Positions 38,708 through 47,600 of a stretch of 64,000 nucleotides of DNA are shown piece by piece. Position 1 is the first letter of the stretch. The number at the start of each line of letters is the position of its first letter. The position numbers were made by a program, and so were the translations under genes. Source of the DNA: Candidatus Saccharimonadia bacterium (GTDB taxonomy: Bacteria; Patescibacteriota; Saccharimonadia; UBA4664); assembly GCA_038245115.1 (NCBI GenBank), contig JBBRSS010000005.1, positions 3,141 to 67,140 on the forward strand. Direction: 5' to 3'. The notes beneath the pieces were generated by a model. That model worked only from the letters and a program-made list of their open reading frames with translations, had not been told where the DNA came from and searched no databases.

Positions 38708-41179
38708 TTATTTGGCCTGCTTGTTATGTAATACGACGAGGGCGTGGGAAGCGCGTTGATCCATCTTGTATATGCGGTAGCGGTTCATGGCTTCGTCGTT
38801 TTCGGCGCTGCAATAGGCGAGATCTGTTAGGCCCGGTTCGGTTAACATCTTATTCATGGGTGTGCTGAAGCATAGTTCGAATTTGGTTTTGGTTTCGGCG
38901 TTGACATTGGCGGTAACCCAGCGGCTGTTTTCGATGACGCCGTATCTGTCGGTTTCGGCATCGGTGACTCCCCAGTCTGGGAGGCCGTAGGTCTGGTACT
39001 CGGCGGTGGCCGCGAAGGCAGTTGCGGGGTTGGCAGTAGCGAGCTGGTTGAGCATGGCAAACCAGCGGCTGGGGACCGCACTATTGATGATGGCGGTCTG
39101 GACGAGCGTGACGGCGCTGCCAACATGCGTGGGAACGCGATCCGCCAACATACCTAATGCCGAGGTGGGATTTTTGGGGCTGAAAAGGCGGTAGGCAATA
39201 CCCTGGCGGCGGGCGTAGTCGATTTGGTCTGCGTGGATGGAGTCGGTGAGTTGCTGGTTTTGAGTGGGGGTGAGCTGGTGGCAACCGCTGCGCATGCAGG
39301 CGTCGGAGCTGAGAACTTTGGTGCCGGCGTCCATCATGTTGCCCATTTGGGTGGGGGTGTAGGGGCCACGGAAGATGAGGCCCGCATAATGCAGGACGGC
39401 ATCAACAGCGAGGGCTGTGCCAGCCTTGGTGCCGATAATTTGAAGAGCGGTGATGGTGGCAGCTAAGAGGACATCGCTGAGGCCGAAGTCGACCACACCG
39501 GTGGCGGCCAGGAAGGCTTGGGCGCCTACTATTACGATCGTAGAGACGATCTGGAAGGTTGGTTCGAGAACCAGCGCACAGACATCTCCTAGGCCCGGAA
39601 AGCGGGCCATGCTATCTACCATGCTCATAAGCTCACCAAAGATTCCGGTGCCGCGATTGATCGGTTCCATGGCGGGGTCTAAATCGCGGCTAGTTTTGGC
39701 ATAAGTGACGGGCTGACTAGTGGCGCGTTGGTACCCGGCCGTATTAATGAATGATTCGGTAGCGGAGTCAAACATTTGCGAGACGGCGGCTTCACTGGTT
39801 AATCCGCAGAGGTTGTCGGTTTCGCGGCGGCAATCGGCGTGTTTGAAGACGGAGGCGGCGGTACGAGCCAGTGCGGCGAGCTTGATTTGGGAGAACAGGT
39901 CGGCGCTGGTGATGTAGATGTCGCGGGCAATACAGCCGATGGTGGCGATGAAAAGGCCTTTTGTGAGTGCAGGAAGCGGGCCCTGTATTGCTTTGGCGAC
40001 ATTTTCGAGGGCGGATGCTTTTATTTCTGCGGGGGAAGCTCCGGCGGCATCTTGAGCTTGGGCTTCTTTGACTGCATCGTCCAGTATTCCAGGAGCCTTA
40101 GGTATATCACCTTTGGGGCCACGAATATCGCTTTCAATATCAGCTTTCACGGCGGCTCGAGCTTTTGCAGGGTCGGTCTCTTCTTCTACCGGTACGCTGC
40201 GCTTAATGCCGAACTCTAAGTCGCCCTCACCTGTTACCCCGGCTTTGGTCTGTTCGAAATCCGTGCCGGCTTTGGCGTCTTTCTCGATCGCGGACGGGTC
40301 ATTTTTGATTTTGTTCAGTTCTTCCTCGTTGGCTCCTTTGAGCTGATCTTCGGGCGAGGCGGTGGCAGGAACTTCGGTATCGGCGTTTCCTGTGGCCTTG
40401 GCTTCTTTGACAGCTTTATCGAGCCGGCGGCTAAAACCGCGGTTGAATTTGGCAAATTCATAATCAATATAGATGTTGCGGATGTGGACGCTCTTGAAGA
40501 GCATCAAAAAGAATAGAACGCCAATGATAAAAAATGCGATGGTTCCGGTTGGCAGGGCGAAGCCGAAGATCCATTTAAACGCGGCACGCTTGGCGGTTTT
40601 TTTGGCGGCCTTCTTGGCGCCGGACTTGGCGGCTTTCTTGACCATTTCGCCGGTAACTTTTTTGCTCTCATGCCTGGCGGCATTTCTGGCTGCCCCATGG
40701 GCAACTTCTTTGGTTGCGTCGATAGCGATCTCTTTGCCAATTTCGGCGCCGGCATAGAGGGCGGTACGCCTAGTAGTGTCCTTGGCGGCCTGCTTGGCCA
40801 TAGATTTTTTCTCTTCTTCGGGCGGTTCTTTTTGGGCCGACTCATCTTGAGGATGCGGATTTTTCTGATTCTCTTCGGGCGGTGTGTCCGGATGAGATTG
40901 GGGCTGATGATCTGTGGGGGGGTTATTTGTAGGTTGAGTGTTGGGTGCCGATTGCTGAGGTGCGTCGTCAACTTCCTCGGCATCGGAATAATCTTGAGGT
41001 AATTGCTCTGGTTCTGCAGCTTCAGTGGATCCGTATCCGGCTTCAATCTGATCCATTGAGGCTTGCTCGCTAGGAGTTAGTGGCGCGCCGTCGATGTGTG
41101 GTGTATTAATTGGCCCTTGGTCGGGTTGGTTGGGATTATCGGTAGATTGCTTGCCGTAAGATTTAAAACCAGTCGCCAT
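38708..41179 (-). CDS. T4SS-associated membrane protein with an acidic, Pro-rich N-terminal region
   Basis: 823 aa with ~150 aa of low-complexity D/E/P/Q, a Lys/Ala-rich amphipathic region, a TM helix (FFIIGVLFFLMLF) and a C-terminal hydrophobic multi-helix domain. No clear family assignment. Confidence 0.4.
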   Translation of the reverse strand: MATGFKSYGKQSTDNPNQPDQGPINTPHIDGAPLTPSEQASMDQIEAGYGSTEAAEPEQLPQDYSDAEEVDDAPQQSAPNTQPTNNPPTDHQPQSHPDTPPEENQKNPHPQDESAQKEPPEEEKKSMAKQAAKDTTRRTALYAGAEIGKEIAIDATKEVAHGAARNAARHESKKVTGEMVKKAAKSGAKKAAKKTAKRAAFKWIFGFALPTGTIAFFIIGVLFFLMLFKSVHIRNIYIDYEFAKFNRGFSRRLDKAVKEAKATGNADTEVPATASPEDQLKGANEEELNKIKNDPSAIEKDAKAGTDFEQTKAGVTGEGDLEFGIKRSVPVEEETDPAKARAAVKADIESDIRGPKGDIPKAPGILDDAVKEAQAQDAAGASPAEIKASALENVAKAIQGPLPALTKGLFIATIGCIARDIYITSADLFSQIKLAALARTAASVFKHADCRRETDNLCGLTSEAAVSQMFDSATESFINTAGYQRATSQPVTYAKTSRDLDPAMEPINRGTGIFGELMSMVDSMARFPGLGDVCALVLEPTFQIVSTIVIVGAQAFLAATGVVDFGLSDVLLAATITALQIIGTKAGTALAVDAVLHYAGLIFRGPYTPTQMGNMMDAGTKVLSSDACMRSGCHQLTPTQNQQLTDSIHADQIDYARRQGIAYRLFSPKNPTSALGMLADRVPTHVGSAVTLVQTAIINSAVPSRWFAMLNQLATANPATAFAATAEYQTYGLPDWGVTDAETDRYGVIENSRWVTANVNAETKTKFELCFSTPMNKMLTEPGLTDLAYCSAENDEAMNRYRIYKMDQRASHALVVLHNKQAK

Positions 41180-43050
41180 TATTGTTCCTCGCCTGCGGCC
41201 GGTTGGGGATTCTTGGTCCCGCCGGGATTAGTTGATATGAGCTCGGTCTCGGTATCGGACGCTAAGATGCGGATAATTACATGGTTGAGGCCGGCAAAGA
41301 AGAGGCCCTCGCCTACCGGGAATTGGCTGAGGCGGTTTTTCTCCCCTTCGGTGAGTTTGAAGGTCTCGGCGATGATGTCGGTGGCGCTGGGGGCCTGCTT
41401 GAGGAGGAGCTGGAGGGATGAGTTGGCGACTACGGCCCGGCCCATTTTGCTGCCCAAGAAGTCCTCGACGTCTTGCGAGATGGTGGTGAGGCCGAGGTAA
41501 TACTTACGGGCGCGTTTGGCGAGCGAGAACATGAAGCTGGCGGAGTCGTCATACTTCATGAGCTGCCAGGCTTCATCGACTATGAGCAGGCGTTTGCGGC
41601 GGTCGGATTTGACTTTGTTCCAGATGTAATTGAGCACAATGTACATACCGACGGGGCGGAGGGCGTCTTCGAGGTCGCGGATGTTGAAGACCAGGAAGGG
41701 GTTGTCGAGCTCTACGTTGGACTGTTCGGAGAAGATGCCCGAGAACGTGCCGGTGGTGTACTGGCGAAGGCGCTGGGCGAGACTGGCGCCGGTGCCGGTC
41801 ATAGAGGCAAGCGTGTTGTAGAGGTCGTTCATGGTAGGCGGGGTGGCGCTGTGGGTGAGGGGGTCACGGGTGATGCCGGCGCGGGCGTAGGTGTTGATGA
41901 TGGCGGCGTCTAGATCGGCTTCTTCGCCCGGGGTGAGGGGGCTAGAAAGGGTGGCGCCGGTGGAGGTGTTGACGGTAGCGCCACCCATCATTAGCCGCAG
42001 GAGGCCGTGGAGCGAGATAATGTTGGCCTGGAGGGCGTTGTCGGCCTCATCTTGGTCGAAGACGCGGGGAAGGTCGAAGGGGTTGATGCGGGTTTTGGAG
42101 GCTAGGCTGAGACGCAGGTAGGTGCCGCCGACGGCGTCGCAGAGCGGCTTGTACTCATCTTCCGGGTCGATGATGATGCATTCGACGCCCATCATGAGGC
42201 TGCGCAGAGCTTCCAGCTTGATGGCAAAAGATTTGCCGGCGCCGGACTTGGCGAAGACAACCATGTTGGCGTTTTCGAGGCTGAATCGGTCGAAGAGAAC
42301 GAGGCCGTTGTTGTGACGGTTGAGGCCATACAATATGCCCTCGTTGCGCGAAAGGTCGGATGAGGTAAAAGGAAAGCTAGTGGAGAGGGCGCCGGTGTTC
42401 ATGTTGCGCGAGATCTGCATTTGGTCGGTGCCGAGCGGGGTGGTGGAGTTGAAGCCCTGCTCCATTTGCATGGTGGTGGGCTTGGTGTAAACCAGTGATT
42501 GGCCAAAGATGCCTTCGATTTTACGGGTGACTTGAGTAAGGTCCTCGATGGTGTCGGCGTACATGGTGAGGTAAAGACCAAAGCGGAAGAAGCGCTCCTC
42601 CCCTACTTGGAGCTTGTCGCGCAGTTCTTCGGCGTCCTGAATGGCGGCTTCGAGTCCAGGGTCGCGCACGAGACCTTTTTCTTGGTTGATGGTGTGGCTG
42701 GCCTCGAGTTGGCCCATTTTGCGCTTGAGGTTGGTGAGTACAATTTGGCTTTCCACCGGGTAGATAAAGAGTGAGATATCGATGAGCTCATCAAGGTTAA
42801 TGATGGGCGATAACCAGCCGGTGAAGACTTGGCGGGGGTAACCGTAAACATAGATGGTTTTGCAGTAGCGCTTGCCGAGGCGCAAATAGGCTGACTCGAC
42901 TTCGATAGACGGCGGCGCAATGAGGTCGCGCATCGTGACGATACCTTGGCGATAGATGAGGTCGGCTTCGCGAGATTCCATGGTTTTTTGCATGTGCTCA
43001 AGCTGGGCCTGATCGATCTGGGGTGTCGATTTTTTGCCAAATAATCCCAT
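41179..43050 (-). CDS. virB4: VirB4/TrbE/CagE-family T4SS ATPase (ATPase domain portion)
   Basis: Walker A 'VVFAKSGAGKSFAIK', Walker B 'LLIVDEAWQLM'; 623 aa. Confidence 0.85.
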   Translation of the reverse strand: MGLFGKKSTPQIDQAQLEHMQKTMESREADLIYRQGIVTMRDLIAPPSIEVESAYLRLGKRYCKTIYVYGYPRQVFTGWLSPIINLDELIDISLFIYPVESQIVLTNLKRKMGQLEASHTINQEKGLVRDPGLEAAIQDAEELRDKLQVGEERFFRFGLYLTMYADTIEDLTQVTRKIEGIFGQSLVYTKPTTMQMEQGFNSTTPLGTDQMQISRNMNTGALSTSFPFTSSDLSRNEGILYGLNRHNNGLVLFDRFSLENANMVVFAKSGAGKSFAIKLEALRSLMMGVECIIIDPEDEYKPLCDAVGGTYLRLSLASKTRINPFDLPRVFDQDEADNALQANIISLHGLLRLMMGGATVNTSTGATLSSPLTPGEEADLDAAIINTYARAGITRDPLTHSATPPTMNDLYNTLASMTGTGASLAQRLRQYTTGTFSGIFSEQSNVELDNPFLVFNIRDLEDALRPVGMYIVLNYIWNKVKSDRRKRLLIVDEAWQLMKYDDSASFMFSLAKRARKYYLGLTTISQDVEDFLGSKMGRAVVANSSLQLLLKQAPSATDIIAETFKLTEGEKNRLSQFPVGEGLFFAGLNHVIIRILASDTETELISTNPGGTKNPQPAAGEEQ

Positions 43051-43784
43051 TATACTGGTGCCCCTGGGAGCGGCCCGCGAGGAGCGGAACCAGTACCCTT
43101 GGTGACGGCGGGCGCGCCAATTTGGGAGGTATCGATGAGCTTCTGGTTGGCGGCGACGTCGGGGTTGTACCAGGAATAGTAAAGGTCTACCAGTTCCTGG
43201 GTGCCGAGCGAGATGGCTCGAACGCCCATCTGGGCCATGCCGTTGGCGGCCAAAGCCATGCGCTGCGATAGTTCTTGCTTGTGTTTATGAAAGTCTTCTT
43301 CGCTGATGGTGATCATTGGAGTGGTTTCAAAGGCACCTTTGAGCTTGTCGATCAAGTTGGAGCTTTTTTGCACGGCTGAGGGCGGAAAATATGGGATGAC
43401 CACGTAGAATTGCTTGTCCATGATGTTTACCTCTTCCACGAGAGCACGAATATTGGCGATGTAGTCTTCCATGAGAACCCCAAGAAGTTCGTTGGGCTGT
43501 TCGGCGCGTAACTTATCGAGCTTTTCAAGGTAGTTAGAAATATCGATTTTCTGGCTCTTAATAGATATTTGTACGGGGAAGTGCAGGGAATTGAGAAAGC
43601 CCTGATAAGCCGACTCTACTGCTTCTTGTTCGCTCGGGTTCATGAGATCAAAGTTGATGGCACTACTGAGGATGACTCCGCGCAGGGAGCCATCTTTCAT
43701 TACCACAATTCCATCCTTGATCTCGGCGATCAGGAGGGTATCTTGGGCACTCTTTCCGCTGTGGTTACTGGCGTTAGCTGCCAT
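43050..43784 (-). CDS. VirB4 N-terminal-domain-like protein, apparently a split-off N-terminus of VirB4
   Basis: 'LLIAEIKDGIVVMKDGSLRGVILSSAINFDLMNPSEQEAVESAYQGFLNSL' resembles the conserved N-terminal region of Gram-positive-type VirB4 homologs. It is TAATG-coupled to the ATPase ORF. Confidence 0.45.
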   Translation of the reverse strand: MAANASNHSGKSAQDTLLIAEIKDGIVVMKDGSLRGVILSSAINFDLMNPSEQEAVESAYQGFLNSLHFPVQISIKSQKIDISNYLEKLDKLRAEQPNELLGVLMEDYIANIRALVEEVNIMDKQFYVVIPYFPPSAVQKSSNLIDKLKGAFETTPMITISEEDFHKHKQELSQRMALAANGMAQMGVRAISLGTQELVDLYYSWYNPDVAANQKLIDTSQIGAPAVTKGTGSAPRGPLPGAPV

Positions 43785-44583
43785 TTACGGGAATCTCCAA
43801 GGTTTGTCCGTTTGGCAGCTGAACCCGGCGGGTTGCCTGGGCAGCAAGCTGCGTCACCGTTAACTCATCACTCTGCGTTGCTAGTTGGATTATATCGTTT
43901 GGGGGCGCTACTGTCACGCCGCTTATGCTTGTAGGAGCTGGGGCACCTTTGGTGGGGCGAGCCACTTTGCCGGTCATTTGCTGGAGGGCTTCCTGGCGAA
44001 CATCTTCGGCCGAGGCACGGAGTAGTTCGGCCAGGTTGAGCGCGAGTGGGCTTTGTTGGAGGTCGAGGATGTCGTTGGGTACTTCGCCTGGTATGGGTGG
44101 CGGTGTTGGAACTATGCGGTCGGCGTGGGCAACAGAGGGCGCAATCGGGGATGTTTCCGGCACCTGAGGGTGGTTCCAGCCGCGCGAGTCGATGAGACTG
44201 GCGAGTTTTTCGAGCTCACTTCGAACTTCGTCGGGGTTACGTTGGGTAGCTTCGGCGGCGAGTACGGTGGCTTCCACGTGGAAGGTCTCGATGATGTCGT
44301 CTTTGGCCCAGGCACGGTGGCGAGACGTGGCAAAAAAGCCGACCATAGCAACCAATAGCTGCTCAAAACTCTGGCCGTCGCGATTGTAGAAGGCTAGCAG
44401 GAATAGTAGTAGTGCGGGCGGGAAGCCGATGACTATCAACAGTATGGGAACCTGGCGAAACAGCGCGAAACTGATGGCTGACCAACCAAAACCCATCAAG
44501 AAGTAAATAAACTCCTTGAAAGTTAACGGGCCAAGAATCTTGTCCTCGGCCTCAACATTTTGCGGCACCTTATACTGGCCCAT
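43774..44583 (-). CDS. VirB3/PrgI-like two-TM T4SS protein with a C-terminal extension
   Basis: 'NVEAEDKILGPLTFKEFIYFLMGFGW' followed by two TM helices, typical of VirB3-like proteins; 269 aa. Confidence 0.4.
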   Translation of the reverse strand: MGQYKVPQNVEAEDKILGPLTFKEFIYFLMGFGWSAISFALFRQVPILLIVIGFPPALLLFLLAFYNRDGQSFEQLLVAMVGFFATSRHRAWAKDDIIETFHVEATVLAAEATQRNPDEVRSELEKLASLIDSRGWNHPQVPETSPIAPSVAHADRIVPTPPPIPGEVPNDILDLQQSPLALNLAELLRASAEDVRQEALQQMTGKVARPTKGAPAPTSISGVTVAPPNDIIQLATQSDELTVTQLAAQATRRVQLPNGQTLEIPVNGS

Positions 44584-44640
44584 AAACTAGGAGCTCCACC
44601 TCGATATCACATTAAGCTTACGCTAAAACTAGGCGGGGGG

Positions 44641-47600
44641 CTAGGGGGTCGGAGGGGGCGGTTCTGGCGGAAGTACGGCGCCGTCTGAGTCGATATAAGC
44701 CTTGAGAATATCTGGCTGGCCGGTGCCGCCCTGTTTTTTTAGCCATTTATCTTCGGCTCCGGCCTTGTCACCTGCCTCCGCTATGAGCTTTATTATGTCT
44801 TTACCCGCTTTACCGTTTGATCCCTGTCGTGCGTTTAGAGCCCTGAGAGCCTTGGGGTCTTGCAGGTAGATCCACATTTGCGCATAGTCATCGGAATTCA
44901 GGTCCTTTAGAACCTGTGCGTTACTCAGAGATTGTTGGATGTTACGGGTGGATTCATCATAAATACTCGGCTTATCCACTCGTTTGGCGTATTCGAAATA
45001 GTTCTTTTTTTCGCCCCAACCGGATCGGCCAAAATCCGATGAACTGTAGCCATCGTAGGCTGCGTCTTCGGGCATAAAGAAGTCTTTGGAGACAGAGGAA
45101 CTGTTCTTTGATTGGATAATTTCCCAAAGTTCGCTGGCACGGCCGCCAAATCTATCGGGGTCGATTAAGCGGTCTTCGTTGCGCCCAAACAAATCTCTTT
45201 GGATTTGGCGAACTCTTTCTCGCCCGCTACCCGTTAGAGAAAGTCTTCCCATAAGCGCAATGGCACGATCCTCGTTTTCGGGTGTTAGTTTGTCGCCGTC
45301 TTTCAGGAGTGTTCTGATTTCAGCATCTTGGGCAGTAACTCCTTCTGGGCCTAAGTTGGCATTCTTAACAGTGTCGGTATGTGCGACTCCGTCAGCGTCC
45401 ATGAAGGTAAAGTCTTCGTTGCCAGCCTTTTCGACGCGATCACTTAGTATCTTTAAGCGCTCGGACTTGACTACATGGCCTTCGGCGGCTTGATAAGTTT
45501 GATTTAGCGATGCTCCGGGACGCGTAAGGTCGTAGCGGGCTCTGGCGGCGCCAGATTCGGCAGCTAATGTTGCTACGGAGCCTTCGGTTTGGGCGGCTAG
45601 GCGCTCTCGCGCATTGAGTCTGGTGGTAGAAGAATCAACCGCTTGATTGAGGGCGGCAGTTTGTGCTTGGTTGGAGGCTTCTGTGCGCATCGCCGATTCT
45701 TCTGCGGCTGTTGCGGCAGATGCGATTACAGCCTGTTCGCCTTCTATTGGATTTAATATTCCTGCGCTTGCGCTCGTGATTTTGTCGGCTGCTGCTCTGC
45801 CAGCTTTTTCGCCTCGTTCGGCACCGAGGGTATCTCGAGCCTTTGCGGCCTGGTTTCGTGCTTCCTTTTCGGTGAACAGGAGGGCTGCCGTATCCTTACC
45901 GTTCTTATCCTTTATCTTGGCAGTTTTAGCGGCTTTATAGGATTCTTCATAAGTGTCAGTGCGGGCGTTTTCATCGGCACGTTCATAGGCCGCTGCCTTG
46001 GCTTTTCGCAAGGGGGCTTCTCGGGCCTGCTCGATGGCCGCATCATATGCCTGGATAATACCCCTGTCTTTTGCAGTAGTCGTAGCAAATTCTGTGCTCG
46101 TAGCAATTTGTTTGGCGCGGGCGGCGACTTTGAGATTATCGGCGCGGACTTTCTGGGCCGCGGCCGCGGTGGTGATGCCGCCTACAGCAGCGGCGGCGGC
46201 AATTTCGGCATTGACGGCGGCGGCGGTAGTTTTGACGGCAGCGTCGGAGATGGCGGTGGTGCGTTCGGCGGCGTAGACGGCAGCGTCGGTGTGTTGGCGG
46301 GTGGAGGCGGCGGTGCCGGTGCGCACGGCGTTGACGGCGGCGAGGCGTTGAGCGGAGTCTTGCGCTGTTTTAGCTTTGGCGGTTTCGGTACCGGCGATTA
46401 CGTGGTCTGCCAGTCGGGGGGCAGGGTTGCCGTCACGCTTGGCTTTGGCGATATCCTCTTCCTCCTGGGCGATCTCTTGTTTTTGGGCTCCGATGCTCGT
46501 ACCGATACGTTTATTGGCTTCGCTTCGACTAGCTCTCATGGTGTCTGATGTCGACAGGTAGCCTTCGGGTGTGGCCTGGAAGTCGGCGCGGGCCTCACGA
46601 ATAGTGCGGGCGCTGGCTAGTTGTTCGCGGGCGGCTAGCGTTTCGCCGGTAACGAGTTTATTGAGATTTTCTTGTCCCGAAGCTGATGTGATGGCGTTGC
46701 GGGCGTTGATTTGGCCTTCGGTGGCCCCAATCTTTTCGCGTTCTTGGGTATGGGTGGCGGCGGACAGGTTTTGCAGTCGCATACTGCGGGCCTCTGCCAG
46801 ACTGACGCCACCGGCATGAGCGGCCTCTCGTGCATCGAGGGCGGCATTGGTGGAGACGTTGGTATTGGCGGTTTGTTGGGCGGCTACAACTTCTGCTACG
46901 CCGGTGTTGGTTTTGGCGGTAGTGACATTTCGCAGGCGCATATTCCGCGCGTCGGTAGCGCTGATACCGAGGTTTTTTTGCATAATCTTTTCCGCTGCGG
47001 CGCCGCCCTCAACTACGGAATTGATTCCAGCAAGCTTTTCCGAAGCTGAAAGAGCAGCGGTTGTCTGTGCGGCAGACACCTTTTTGGCGGCGCTAACGTA
47101 TTCGCTCGTACCCTTGAGGCTCTCGTTGAGTTTATCGCGCTCAATGTCGCCTTTGGCCGTGCCTGCGGCGGCTAAGTAGGTGTCACGGGTATTAATGCGT
47201 GCCTGGTTTTGTTTGTCTAACGCACTCGGCTTTCCGGCACCGTTGTAGCCCGCTAGGACGCCTTCGCGCGCACCGCGGTTGGCGGCTTTTTCATCGAGGA
47301 TGCTCTGAGTGGTGGACAGGCGGCGTTGGCGGAAGTCTTCGGGCCTAGCCTCTTTGGACATGCGGTTATCGGCATCAATTGTGCTTAATTCTTTATCGGC
47401 TTTGCCCACGGCTTCGCCGCGTCTTAGCTTTGCACTACCGGAACTTCCCGACAGGCCGGCTCGGCGCCAGTTCATGGCAGCTTTGCGGTTGAGAGCGGCT
47501 TTATGTAAGCCGTGGGCGTTTTTGGCATTGCTCTCGGCAATCTTGGCAGCGGCGACATTTTTGCGCTGGCGGCCTTCGGAAAGGTCTCTGGCGAGATCGC

